A DNA stretch of 64,000 bases from a virus (IMGVR_UViG_3300031417_000403:187133-251132); one strand, 5' to 3'; positions 37,816-47,494 are shown, counted from the stretch's first letter. The notes: a model not told the origin generated them from the sequence alone. Numbers and translations are program-made.

Positions 37816-38315
37816 TGTCCGACGAACGAATCATCTTCGTCATCCACACCAACGCGTACGCTGGCAATTTCGAGCGTGAGCTGTGCGCGTACATCACCGG
37901 CCAAGTCGGTGATTGCGGTGTGGGTGAAGACCTGGCAAGCGACTTCCTCGACGAAGTCGGCGATGAACAAGCTGATCTGTTCGCAGACATCATCGGCGTC
38001 GCGCCCGATGATGGGCGCTGCGACAGGCCGTGCAAAATCTACCCGACGCCCGGTCGTCTCAACAACGGCATGGGCACGCACTTCGACGCGGCTGAAGATC
38101 AAAAGGGTTTTCCGGCTTACGAGTCGGTCGCGATCTACTTCGACGAGATGCCGTCCGACGAGCAGTTCGATCTGATGAAGGATCGCACGATGCAGTACGC
38201 GAAGTCGGTGTACAATCGCAAGTCGTACTACAAAGACCGCGAACCGCTCGTCATCAAAGGTTTCGAACTGATCGTCGAAACCACGGAAGTCAAGCAACTC
38301 CGCAAAGCCATGTAA
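37815..38315 (+). CDS. hypothetical acidic protein (166 aa)
   Basis: ORF track. Confidence 0.5.
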   Translation: MSDERIIFVIHTNAYAGNFERELCAYITGQVGDCGVGEDLASDFLDEVGDEQADLFADIIGVAPDDGRCDRPCKIYPTPGRLNNGMGTHFDAAEDQKGFPAYESVAIYFDEMPSDEQFDLMKDRTMQYAKSVYNRKSYYKDREPLVIKGFELIVETTEVKQLRKAM

Positions 38316-38333
38316 CACGAAAGGAAGTCATCC

Positions 38334-39149
38334 ATGAAGAAGCTGTTTGTTACTCTGTTGTGGATGATTTCAGCGACGTGTTCTGCCGCGAAGTTCAACT
38401 CACAGTCAGTGTTCGTTATTGAAGACGGTGGTCAAGTGTTGTTCGAAAAACAACCTGACCTCGTCAGCCCAATCGCGTCACTGACAAAACTCATGACTGC
38501 AATGGTAGTGCTGGACGCACATCAGAACATGCAGGAAATAATTACGATTCAACAGTCTGATGTCGATGAAATCAAGCACAGCATGTCACGTGTTCGTGTT
38601 GGTTGGCAGATGACACGAGCAGAGGCGTTGGAACTCGCGCTGATGCACTCCGACAACAGAGCTGCAACTGCACTGGGCAGAACGTATCCAAGCGGACTAC
38701 CAGCATTCCAAGAAGCAATGCGAGCGAAAATCGCAGCATTGGGACTTCGCGGAACATCGATTGTAGAACCATCCGGACTCTCGCCAAGCAATGTATCCAC
38801 CGCACGTGATCTTGCCATCATCGCAATAGCGGCATCAGCATATCCAGACATCACCCGCATCACCACGACCGAATTGGTTCAAATCCACGGTACAAATTTC
38901 AAGAACACCAACAGATTAGTTGGCGCAAACGGCTGGGACATTCGTCTGTCAAAGACTGGTTACATCGAAGAATCAGGTCGATGCTTTGTCATGAGAATCG
39001 TCGCTGCTGGTAAAACTGCAACCATCGTCTTGCTCAATGCTGGATCGAGTTCAGCTCGCATGCAAGATGCGTGGACAATCCGTCGCGCAATCACTGGCGA
39101 ACCCTCACCGAAGCCGCAGAAGCACAAGAAGAAAAAGCGTCGCAAATAG
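38334..39149 (+). CDS. D-alanyl-D-alanine carboxypeptidase/endopeptidase (low-MW PBP, S11 family), secreted
   Basis: signal peptide; SxxK SLTK, SxN HSDN, KTG LSKTG motifs; TAG stop. Confidence 0.75.
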   Translation: MKKLFVTLLWMISATCSAAKFNSQSVFVIEDGGQVLFEKQPDLVSPIASLTKLMTAMVVLDAHQNMQEIITIQQSDVDEIKHSMSRVRVGWQMTRAEALELALMHSDNRAATALGRTYPSGLPAFQEAMRAKIAALGLRGTSIVEPSGLSPSNVSTARDLAIIAIAASAYPDITRITTTELVQIHGTNFKNTNRLVGANGWDIRLSKTGYIEESGRCFVMRIVAAGKTATIVLLNAGSSSARMQDAWTIRRAITGEPSPKPQKHKKKKRRK

Positions 39150-39172
39150 TATGCGTACACGGTGCATCAAGG

Positions 39173-39178
39173 TATAAT
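39173..39178 (+). promoter_or_regulatory. promoter -10 TATAAT
   Basis: ggtataatctttcaccacataggaaacatcATG. Confidence 0.5.
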
Positions 39179-39200
39179 CTTTCACCACATAGGAAACATC

Positions 39201-39851
39201 ATGTCGAAGAAACTCTACGTATCATCAGCAGTGCAAGTCGCACTGCTGCGAGATGTCCTCATTCCCGAAATGTCCACTGGCTTCTGGAAAGACCATCGTC
39301 CGGCGGATCATGCTGCGCAATGGGTCGGTCTCGAAATCCTCGTGTCGGAAGACTCAAAGCTGGGACCAGTCAACTGGGTTGCACCGCGTCTGTACAACTT
39401 CATCAATCCGGAATTTCTGCGGCCGGAGGCTGATGGCATTCCGGAAAAGAAACAACTGTCGCGTATGGAAAAGCGATTGGTCGACGTCGCACAATCTGTG
39501 AAGTCGTCGAGCAACCTGCGTTCGGTCAAGAAAGAACTGATCGAGCTGTCGCACATCATCAGCGGCCGTTTGACGGATGCGAATGTAAATCCGACGAAAG
39601 CCAACCGTGGCAACAACAAGCATGGTACAATTCAAGAAAGCGTATCGAAGGCAAAGGCCGCAGTCAAGAAAGCTGCGACCGCTGTCAAGAAGCCAGCAGT
39701 AAAGAAACCATCGGTCAACACCGTTACGGTAACGAGAATGCCGGACGGATCGATCGTGAAGCGCGTGGCTGTTGTTCGCGCCGATCCATTTGCAGCGCTC
39801 ACGGGCAATGCAACCATCACAACTGAAATCGAAACCATCGAAGGAGCATAA
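39201..39851 (+). CDS. hypothetical protein with basic AKK repeats (216 aa)
   Basis: ATG after ggtataatctttcaccacataggaaacatc. Confidence 0.5.
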   Translation: MSKKLYVSSAVQVALLRDVLIPEMSTGFWKDHRPADHAAQWVGLEILVSEDSKLGPVNWVAPRLYNFINPEFLRPEADGIPEKKQLSRMEKRLVDVAQSVKSSSNLRSVKKELIELSHIISGRLTDANVNPTKANRGNNKHGTIQESVSKAKAAVKKAATAVKKPAVKKPSVNTVTVTRMPDGSIVKRVAVVRADPFAALTGNATITTEIETIEGA

Positions 39852-39852
39852 C

Positions 39853-40119
39853 ATGGGCTGCTACGTCAATCCGGACAACGAAACCAAAGAAGCATTCCTG
39901 CAACGTGAAGGCCGCCGTGTCAGCGTGGTCGACGCGGCAATCACCGAGACAGAAATGCCGGTCTGCCTCGTGAACAACGGCTTCTTCACCGCTGCTGCCG
40001 TCGGCTTCAGCGAAGACGAAATCGCTACGTTCGCTCGTCCAGACGGCCGTCCGAAAACCTGGTTCATGGTCGAGCAATCGAAGTTGCTGCAAGTCAGCGA
40101 CCTGGCCGACTTCGTCTAA
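39853..40119 (+). CDS. hypothetical protein (88 aa)
   Basis: ATG 2 nt after upstream TAA. Confidence 0.45.
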   Translation: MGCYVNPDNETKEAFLQREGRRVSVVDAAITETEMPVCLVNNGFFTAAAVGFSEDEIATFARPDGRPKTWFMVEQSKLLQVSDLADFV

Positions 40120-40121
40120 TC

Positions 40122-40589
40122 ATGGGCATCTATCAAAGCGGAACCGCGCTGTTGTCCGTCGAGAAAGATGGCGACGATGACAGCTCAAGCAGTCTGTACG
40201 TCTCGATCAATTGCCTGAGTGGCATTGACAAGAACGACTACGGCGGCCAAGACTGGTTGCAACGTTCGACCAGCGAACTCGCTGCGTTCTGCGACTGGTT
40301 GCCGCCACAATGCTATCGCATGAAACATGGCGACAAGATCGTCATGAAGGTTCGCTTCGAGCAAAGTTTCTGGCGTGGCGATGGCTACACGACTGACGAT
40401 GACGAAGAGCTGATCTTCGAGCACGTGAAGACGCTGTACAAGTCGCGTGGCGAAGACGAGTCGCGCCGGCAGCGCAAACGTTATTACCGGCAGAAGTCGC
40501 CACTGAAGTACGGCGGCAAAATCAAACCATCCAAGAAACAATTATTGGAAATGGGTTACACCGAATCTGAAATGGTACATTTCACATGA
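40122..40589 (+). CDS. hypothetical protein (155 aa)
   Basis: ORF track. Confidence 0.5.
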   Translation: MGIYQSGTALLSVEKDGDDDSSSSLYVSINCLSGIDKNDYGGQDWLQRSTSELAAFCDWLPPQCYRMKHGDKIVMKVRFEQSFWRGDGYTTDDDEELIFEHVKTLYKSRGEDESRRQRKRYYRQKSPLKYGGKIKPSKKQLLEMGYTESEMVHFT

Positions 40590-40786
40590 GTCCAGCAAAA
40601 TTCGAAACAATTCAAGCCGCCCTTCAATTGCAGGGCGACATCAAGGTTCGCCTGGAAAAGATGGGCTTCGGCGTCACTGCTGACCGCATCTCGTGCGACA
40701 TCATGGACATGGTCCTGAAGAGCGACGCGGTGAAGCCGGAAATCAAAGCAATCTACATGGAAATCGAAAATGGCATTGCCACCTGA
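40586..40786 (+). CDS. hypothetical protein (66 aa)
   Basis: ORF track. Confidence 0.4.
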   Translation: MSPAKFETIQAALQLQGDIKVRLEKMGFGVTADRISCDIMDMVLKSDAVKPEIKAIYMEIENGIAT

Positions 40787-40970
40787 ACAATTTGTGTACA
40801 CCGGCTACGGGTGTCCCAACACCGAGATGTGGACGCGTCGTGCTGCGTTTGAAGAAGCGCATCCCGACCTGAACCACTTCATGAAGAAGGACGCCCCGCA
40901 TTACGCGAATCATAACACCCGTATCGCGTACACCAAGTGGGAAGACGAGACGTTCAACGTCGAAAAATAA
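40770..40970 (+). CDS. hypothetical protein (66 aa)
   Basis: ORF track. Confidence 0.4.
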   Translation: MALPPEQFVYTGYGCPNTEMWTRRAAFEEAHPDLNHFMKKDAPHYANHNTRIAYTKWEDETFNVEK

Positions 40971-41058
40971 AACCACGGACTTATGTTCGTGGTACTATAA
41001 ATACTCTCGTGAAGCGATAGACGCTTCCACAGTTCACCGCCCACTCGAGGAGCTCGAA

Positions 41059-42282
41059 ATGGCACACAGCGAAATCAAGACGCGTAAGCGTCTGACGGTC
41101 TTCATTGGCCGTTTCCAACCGTTCCATAATGGTCACGCCCATATACTGGAACAGGCAATTGAATCTTCGGACAAAGTCCTGGTACTCGTCGGAAGTGCAT
41201 TCATCGCCCGCAACATTAAGAATCCGTTTACGTTCAGCGAACGTTTCGACATGATTAACGCTTGGGTTCTTCAGAACTATCTGACGACTGACAAGTGGCC
41301 TATCATCAAGCCGGTGGTTGACCAATACAATACCCCAAAGTGGTTGCAGTTGGTTCAAGAAACCGTCGATGCGACCATCAAAGAAGTTGGCTGGAAAGCC
41401 AGCGAAGTTGATGTCGCCATCACTGGCGCCGATCGTGATTCGACAACGTGGTATCTCAATTCATTTCCTCAATACATCAGCGACCTCAAACCAGCAATCG
41501 ATGCTGGCGAAGGGCTGTCTGCATCGAAACTTCGTCATCGTCTGTTCAGCGACAACTTCGGTGGTGCAGCCAACTGGCTTGATGTGCCGCTGACGACCGT
41601 GAACTTCCTTCGCCAATTTCATGGCACGAAGGAATTCGAAACGCTTCGTGAAGAGTACGAGTTCAACGTCAAGTACAAGAATCCGCACGCACCACTGCTC
41701 AAGGCGATCCTTGACTTCGTGCCTCACCGCTATCACGAGAAGATCGTCGACATCTTCGACTCGTGGCTCGCGAAGCAATACGACCGCACGTACGTCACGG
41801 CCGACGCCTGCATTATCCAGTCCGGCCACGTGCTTGTTGTTCGTCGCGGTGCACTGCCTGGTAAAGGTCTGATCGCTCTGCCTGGCGGCTTCGTCAAAAG
41901 TAATCAGACGCTGCTGCTCGCCGCAATCGCAGAAGCGATCGAAGAAACTGGTCTAAAGCTGGCTGACGGAAAGAACTGGCGGAAGATCACCGAAGCAATT
42001 CTGCGCGGCTCGTTGGTTGCTACGCGGAACTTCGACGATCCGAACCGCAGTCTTCGTGGTCGTACGTTCACGACTTGCCACCTCTTCCGTCTCGATGATA
42101 CGAAGCCGTTGCCGATCGTGAAAGGCCAATACTTCCCAATCGAAGATATTGGTGTTGATGGTGTAGTGGAAACTGAAGATGCTTTCTTCATGCCAATCTC
42201 TGTTGCTCTGGCAAATCCTGAATGGTGGTTTGAAGACCATCATATCATGCTGAGCACGATGCTCGGTTTGATTAAAGATTAA
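41059..42282 (+). CDS. nadM: bifunctional NMN adenylyltransferase / Nudix ADP-ribose pyrophosphatase (NadM-type)
   Basis: N-terminal GRFQPFHNGH (HxGH nucleotidyltransferase), C-terminal Nudix box GGFVKSNQTLLLAAIAEAIEETG. Confidence 0.8.
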   Translation: MAHSEIKTRKRLTVFIGRFQPFHNGHAHILEQAIESSDKVLVLVGSAFIARNIKNPFTFSERFDMINAWVLQNYLTTDKWPIIKPVVDQYNTPKWLQLVQETVDATIKEVGWKASEVDVAITGADRDSTTWYLNSFPQYISDLKPAIDAGEGLSASKLRHRLFSDNFGGAANWLDVPLTTVNFLRQFHGTKEFETLREEYEFNVKYKNPHAPLLKAILDFVPHRYHEKIVDIFDSWLAKQYDRTYVTADACIIQSGHVLVVRRGALPGKGLIALPGGFVKSNQTLLLAAIAEAIEETGLKLADGKNWRKITEAILRGSLVATRNFDDPNRSLRGRTFTTCHLFRLDDTKPLPIVKGQYFPIEDIGVDGVVETEDAFFMPISVALANPEWWFEDHHIMLSTMLGLIKD

Positions 42283-42314
42283 ACTAACGCTGTACATTGG
42301 AGTCATTACAGGCT

Positions 42315-42320
42315 ATAATG
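42315..42320 (+). promoter_or_regulatory. promoter -10 TATAAT
   Basis: ggctataatgtactcac. Confidence 0.45.
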
Positions 42321-42384
42321 TACTCACTTAAACGGATACGCCTCGAATCCAAAAATTATCGGGGTACTCTCAAGGAGAATAACA

Positions 42385-43206
42385 ATGAATGCAATGACTA
42401 ACTTTGGTGCAAACATGCCGGGCGGCGAAAAGTTCATGGACCGCATCTTCCGTCGCGCACCAGGCGTGGTGTGGGACATGATGACCGGTAAGGTCGGCGT
42501 GCAAACGAAAGAAGGCATCGCGACCTTCGCCGGCGAAGGCGACGACGCACAAGTCGAAATCAACCTGTTCGACCAGTTCGGCATGGAAGTTCCGGCGTTC
42601 GCCCAATCGACCCCAATCTCGGCCGTCAACGTCGGCGACCTGATCTACTTCGGCGCCGGCGATCGTCCGGGCTGGATCATCGAAATCAAGCGTGGCGTGA
42701 AGCCGACCGGCAGCTCGACCCCGACCAAAGCGAAGCGTCAAACCGCCGCTACTCGCGCACAAGCTGCAGCTGGTCCTGACCCGCTGGGCCTGCAACCGGC
42801 GACCGCCATCGACAGCAACAACGTGCAGTTCGTGCTGATGAAGACCGACGGCCAGCGTACCACCTGGAAACCACCGAAGGTCACGATGCTGGGCATGGGC
42901 TCGGACGGCGTGATGGTCATCCGCTCGCTGCTGACCATGCTGCCGGGCGGTCACAACGACCTGCAAGGCATGCAGAGCAACATGATGATGATGATGCAAC
43001 TGTCGGCCATGAACGGCGGCGAAGGCGGCCCGGACATGGAAAAACTGATGCCCCTGATGCTGATGGGCGCCATGGGCGGTAACAACGGCGGCGGCAACAT
43101 GATGCAGACCATGATGATGATGCAGATGATGGGCGGCGGTGGCAACCTGTTCGGCGGCAGCAACAAGACCAGCGGCAACGGTCCGAAAGGCCCTTTCAAT
43201 CGCTGA
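42385..43206 (+). CDS. Met/Gly-rich low-complexity protein (273 aa)
   Basis: MMMMMQ, GGNNGGGNMMQTMMMMQMMGGGG repeats; GC-rich. Confidence 0.5.
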   Translation: MNAMTNFGANMPGGEKFMDRIFRRAPGVVWDMMTGKVGVQTKEGIATFAGEGDDAQVEINLFDQFGMEVPAFAQSTPISAVNVGDLIYFGAGDRPGWIIEIKRGVKPTGSSTPTKAKRQTAATRAQAAAGPDPLGLQPATAIDSNNVQFVLMKTDGQRTTWKPPKVTMLGMGSDGVMVIRSLLTMLPGGHNDLQGMQSNMMMMMQLSAMNGGEGGPDMEKLMPLMLMGAMGGNNGGGNMMQTMMMMQMMGGGGNLFGGSNKTSGNGPKGPFNR

Positions 43207-43301
43207 CCGACGACAGCGATTGGGATGCGAAGTTCCACTCGGGACTTCGCAGTCTGACTAGTGCAGAGCGGACAACGCTCTCACCGATCACAATCGTCGG
43301 G

Positions 43302-43673
43302 ATGCGGTTTTACAACGGAGCACACGATTACATCCACCGTGCGTCGAAGCTCGACGTGTTCGACCAGTGTTTGTATTTGGTGCCCGAGCAAGACAACAAG
43401 TACGACACCAATGCAGTGATGCTGCATAACGGTAAGATGAAACTCGGCAGCGTCGAAGCAAGCGATGCCGCACGAGTGAAGCGATTGCTTCAAGAGTGGA
43501 AAGACCAAAATGGCGGCGGCATTACCGGCGAAGACGTAATCGTGGTAAGATGTGACCCTCTGTACGTCGATCCGCAAACCTTTGAATTCAAAGGATCGGT
43601 AAAAGTTCGCGGCATGTATCGTGTAAACGAACGTCTCGCTCGTAAGTTTTCAAACAAACATCGGAAGGATTAA
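43302..43673 (+). CDS. HIRAN-domain protein
   Basis: YLVPEQDNKYDTNAVMLH...KLGSV resembles HIRAN core. Confidence 0.5.
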   Translation: MRFYNGAHDYIHRASKLDVFDQCLYLVPEQDNKYDTNAVMLHNGKMKLGSVEASDAARVKRLLQEWKDQNGGGITGEDVIVVRCDPLYVDPQTFEFKGSVKVRGMYRVNERLARKFSNKHRKD

Positions 43674-43676
43674 ATC

Positions 43677-44594
43677 ATGGGTAACGCACGCTGGGATCAA
43701 GACAACTACCGCTCGTACGCGAAGAGTACCGACTACGTCAACAAACCGCGCGAGCAAGTCTTCTCGCACAAGGTCGCCGAAAAGCTCGATCCACGTAACG
43801 TGAAGGTCGGCAAAGGCGATCGCGTCGGCCTGCAACTGCGCGAATCGATCATCTCGGACGAGAATCCGAATCCGACGCCGATCATCCTCGGCCTGGACGT
43901 GACCGGCTCCATGGGCGCCGTCGCAGAACAAATCGCCAAGGTCGAGCTGCCGAAGCTGATGACCGAAATCCACGCCACCGGTATCGTCAGCGATCCGCAC
44001 GTCATGTTCCACGCGATCGACGACGTGTTCGCACAAGGTCACGGCGCCCTGCAGGTGTCGTACTTCGAGCCGGACCTGAAGATCGTCGAGCAGCTGCGTC
44101 AGATGTGGCTGGTCGCCAACGGCGGCGGTAACGGCTCCGAGTCGTACGACCTGTCGTGGTACTTCGCCGGTCGCTACACCTATCTCGAGTCGTACGAAAA
44201 GCAAAACCGCAAAGGTTTCCTGTTCACCTTCGGCGACGAGCCGGCACCGTTCCAGACCGTTCGCAAGAGCGACCTGCGCACCATCTTCGGCCCGGGCGAC
44301 TACGAAGACACTCCGCCGGCAGCAAGCCTGAAGGCTGCGCAAGAGAAATACAACGTGTTCCACGTCGTGATCGAGACCGGCGGCCGTTCGAGCCGTGGCA
44401 CTCGCCAAAGCTGGATCGACATGCTGGGCCCGAACGCGATCTTCGTCAAGGACACTTCGGTGCTGACCGAAGTCGTGCTGGCCACGATGGCAATCGCACA
44501 AGGCGCCGACATGCACGCGGTCATCGCTGAATCGAAAGTGAAGGACGCACTGCGCTACGCGTTCAGCACTGCACTCGGCGAAGAAGGCATCTAA
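43677..44594 (+). CDS. von Willebrand factor type A (vWA) domain protein
   Basis: MIDAS motif ILGLDVTGSMG (DxSxS). Confidence 0.65.
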   Translation: MGNARWDQDNYRSYAKSTDYVNKPREQVFSHKVAEKLDPRNVKVGKGDRVGLQLRESIISDENPNPTPIILGLDVTGSMGAVAEQIAKVELPKLMTEIHATGIVSDPHVMFHAIDDVFAQGHGALQVSYFEPDLKIVEQLRQMWLVANGGGNGSESYDLSWYFAGRYTYLESYEKQNRKGFLFTFGDEPAPFQTVRKSDLRTIFGPGDYEDTPPAASLKAAQEKYNVFHVVIETGGRSSRGTRQSWIDMLGPNAIFVKDTSVLTEVVLATMAIAQGADMHAVIAESKVKDALRYAFSTALGEEGI

Positions 44595-44595
44595 A

Positions 44596-44796
44596 ATGGA
44601 CGGCTGGGACGGTTGGTCACGACCCCAGCTGCCTCCACCGAAAACAACGGTCACCGAATATTTCGCGACTCGAAAGCCAAAAGATACTTGGCCTGACGAG
44701 TTTCGCGAGATAGTTTGGGATCGTGGAATGCCACATGAGTCGCGTGAACGTATCACACGCGACGATCCGCGGTGGAACGAAGCCGAGACAATTTAA
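44596..44796 (+). CDS. hypothetical protein (66 aa)
   Basis: ORF track. Confidence 0.4.
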   Translation: MDGWDGWSRPQLPPPKTTVTEYFATRKPKDTWPDEFREIVWDRGMPHESRERITRDDPRWNEAETI

Positions 44797-44831
44797 AGAT
44801 GTACACGAATGGACCGATGTAGTATAATTGG

Positions 44832-44837
44832 TCCATT
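44832..44837 (+). promoter_or_regulatory. promoter -10 TATAAT
   Basis: gtataattggtcc. Confidence 0.45.
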
Positions 44838-44856
44838 CTTCTTTTGGAGCAACACA

Positions 44857-45117
44857 ATGAATGATTTCCTGCGGCATATCTTTGCTGAAGTAGTTGGCAC
44901 TGCCCGTGATGAAATGTCGAACAACGGCTGCAACGATTACCCAATCAAAGTGAACGACGCGAATCGCGAAGATGTTCGCGCGCTCTGCGTAGAGTATGCG
45001 CAAGACGATGACGAACTCGAATCGCTGCTCGAACAGCTGGACGAAGGAAAGGTTTACTTCCAAGACTGGTGCATTCTCGACATGCTGATCAACCGCCTGA
45101 AGGAGGGCAAGCTGTGA
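44857..45117 (+). CDS. hypothetical acidic protein (86 aa)
   Basis: ATG after gtataattggtccattcttcttttggagcaacaca. Confidence 0.45.
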   Translation: MNDFLRHIFAEVVGTARDEMSNNGCNDYPIKVNDANREDVRALCVEYAQDDDELESLLEQLDEGKVYFQDWCILDMLINRLKEGKL

Positions 45118-45290
45118 TCGTTCCATACATTCTCACGATGGTGTTTACCGTCGGCATGAGCCAAGGTGGTGTGGCAACCCTGAAGGTCGAGTACAACTCG
45201 CAGGCCACATGCAACGCCGCCATGGAAGCAAACCGTGAAAGTCTGCGTGGTCAGGCTTCGATCGTACTCGCAACCTGCACGAAAAAATAA
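45114..45290 (+). CDS. small secreted/hydrophobic protein (GTG start, uncertain)
   Basis: ORF track. Confidence 0.3.
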   Translation: MIVPYILTMVFTVGMSQGGVATLKVEYNSQATCNAAMEANRESLRGQASIVLATCTKK

Positions 45291-45300
45291 GGAAATCAAC

Positions 45301-46530
45301 ATGTCGAAATCTATCGCAGTTATCGGCGCCGGTTATGGCGACGAAGGCAAAGGCCTTGCAACCGACTTCTTCTCGCGTCACTACAATGCAGCCATGGTGG
45401 CTCGCGGCAATGGTGGCGCACAAGCTGGTCACACTGTCGTCGATGGCGATAAGCGACATGTCTTCGGCCACGTCGGCTCCGGCGCGTTCGCTGGTGTTCC
45501 AACGTATCTGAGTTCCGGCTTCATCGCGAATCCGTACATGCTCAATCGTGAGCTGAAAGAACTCGGCACTCGCCAACGCGTCTACATCTCGCCCAACAGC
45601 CGCGTCACCACGTACTACGACATGGCCATCAACTCGCTGATCGAAATCAAGCGCGGTGCGGCACGTCATGGTTCGTGCGGCATGGGCATCAACGAGACCG
45701 TCACGCGTGATCTGGCCGGCTACCATCTCGACATGGCAACCATCAAAGGCAGCGAGTTCGGTATCGCACAAGCCCTGCAGAAAATTCGCGGTCAATGGGT
45801 TCCGAAGCGTATGCAGGAACTCGGCCTGAACAAAGCTGACTTCGAAGGCAACGAAGACGCAATGCGTTTCTTCGAGTACTTCGACGAAACCCAAACGCAA
45901 GTCGAAGACCTGATGCACTATGGCGACATCATGTCGCTGCAGAATCCGAAGTTGTTCCTTGGACAAGATGATGTCGTGGTCGTCGAAGGCGCACAAGGCC
46001 TGATGCTCGACGAATTCCTTGGCGACTTCCCGCACGTCACGCGTTCCGTTACTGGTCTCGCATCGTCGATCCGCGCTGCAGCTGAATGCGGTCGCACGTC
46101 GATCCGTCCAGTGTACATGACTCGTTCGTACGCGACGCGTCACGGTGCCGGCGAACTGCTGTACGAAGGCGCAACCATCACCGACAAAGAACTGGTCGAC
46201 AAGACCAACGTCGACAACCAATGGCAAGGCTCGATCCGTTACGCTCCGCTGAATCTGCATGCGCTCGCATGGTATATCCGCGAAGACATGAAGCGTGGCC
46301 AACACGTTGCACAGCTGTTCGGTGTCGAGGTTCTTCAGCCGAAGCTGTTTGTGACCTGCCTCGACCAACTCGACGAGCACGTGACGATCGTCACCCGCAA
46401 CAAGGACATGCTCAAGCTGAAGTCGGTGAAGCTGCTGGCGTACATCGAAAAAGTCATGGGCATCGAAGTCTGTGCTGCATCGTACGGTCCGTCGGCTGCT
46501 GATGTTCAACTCCTCCACGAAGTACTGTAA
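45301..46530 (+). CDS. purA: adenylosuccinate synthetase (PurA-like; PurZ not excluded)
   Basis: P-loop GYGDEGKG, GGAQAGHTV, EGAQGLMLDEFLGDFPHVTRS match PurA motifs; 409 aa. Confidence 0.75.
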   Translation: MSKSIAVIGAGYGDEGKGLATDFFSRHYNAAMVARGNGGAQAGHTVVDGDKRHVFGHVGSGAFAGVPTYLSSGFIANPYMLNRELKELGTRQRVYISPNSRVTTYYDMAINSLIEIKRGAARHGSCGMGINETVTRDLAGYHLDMATIKGSEFGIAQALQKIRGQWVPKRMQELGLNKADFEGNEDAMRFFEYFDETQTQVEDLMHYGDIMSLQNPKLFLGQDDVVVVEGAQGLMLDEFLGDFPHVTRSVTGLASSIRAAAECGRTSIRPVYMTRSYATRHGAGELLYEGATITDKELVDKTNVDNQWQGSIRYAPLNLHALAWYIREDMKRGQHVAQLFGVEVLQPKLFVTCLDQLDEHVTIVTRNKDMLKLKSVKLLAYIEKVMGIEVCAASYGPSAADVQLLHEVL

Positions 46531-46538
46531 GGAAAATC

Positions 46539-47102
46539 ATGGAACAAATTTATCTGAGCCGTCGCAATCTGATGACGCTGCTGTCCAAACTGGATCGTCA
46601 AGCTGCCGGCGAATCGACGTCGTGCACGGTCGTCAAGTATCGAAACCCGGGCGATCCGTACATTCAAACAATGGACTCGATTGCCGTCACGGCAATTCCG
46701 GACGACGAGTATTACGTTGCTCGTCAACCAGGTCCAATGCATCAACGTGACGAAGAAGCCATGAAGGCTGATCCGCTCGAATTGGTGGCGTATGTGTATC
46801 TGAGCGAGTTGCCGCTGGGTCATCACCTCTATACTGGCGAGCCAGTTGGCCAGGGTGCGCGTGACATCTTCGGCATGGATGATCTGGATAAAACGCCAGC
46901 AACGATCATCATCACCGCGCCGGAAGACACGTACTCCATTTCGGATTCGTTCTGGCGCGGTTTGCTGGAAGACAGCCTGAACAAACTTGGCAACAAAGAA
47001 TCAGCCCATCGCAAGCTGAAGTTTGCGGGTCCGCGTCAATTCCAGGACTCGTTCCAGGGCTACATCGTCCGCCACTTCCTTTCGCGAGGTCTGCAAAAAT
47101 GA
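46539..47102 (+). CDS. hypothetical protein (187 aa)
   Basis: RBS aaggaaaatc. Confidence 0.5.
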   Translation: MEQIYLSRRNLMTLLSKLDRQAAGESTSCTVVKYRNPGDPYIQTMDSIAVTAIPDDEYYVARQPGPMHQRDEEAMKADPLELVAYVYLSELPLGHHLYTGEPVGQGARDIFGMDDLDKTPATIIITAPEDTYSISDSFWRGLLEDSLNKLGNKESAHRKLKFAGPRQFQDSFQGYIVRHFLSRGLQK

Positions 47103-47494
47103 AATTCGATTACATGAATGAAGCCGTGGACGAGTTGTGCTATGCCATGGTGAACAACCCAGGCCGGTTCAGTGTTGGCGTCCACACGATGACCGACACC
47201 AAGACCGGCGTCGAATATTGGATTTCCACAACTGGTGGAAGTGGAATTACCGATACCTGGAATGGCCGTAGCAATAACACTGTTTTCTCGTACGAGCAAG
47301 GCAAACGTCTCAGGGACGCGTTTACACAAATGCGGGAAATCAAGGCTAGCAACGCACAACAGCGAATCTTGAACGCTTCGCAGAAAACAGACGACAACGA
47401 GGGCGGTAGCGACTTTCCGATCATGCTAGTTATCTGCGGTGTTCTGTTGCTGATCTGCATCATAACTATGCTTTTGACAACAGTTGCGCGTTAA
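47099..47494 (+). CDS. hypothetical protein with C-terminal TM (131 aa)
   Basis: ORF track. Confidence 0.5.
   Translation: MKFDYMNEAVDELCYAMVNNPGRFSVGVHTMTDTKTGVEYWISTTGGSGITDTWNGRSNNTVFSYEQGKRLRDAFTQMREIKASNAQQRILNASQKTDDNEGGSDFPIMLVICGVLLLICIITMLLTTVAR

Noticed and set aside
45301-46530. Confident call of PurZ (Z-genome)
   Set aside because: The 409-aa length fits bacterial PurA rather than the shorter archaeal-type PurZ. No MazZ, DatZ or DpoZ was seen nearby. It is kept only as a possibility.
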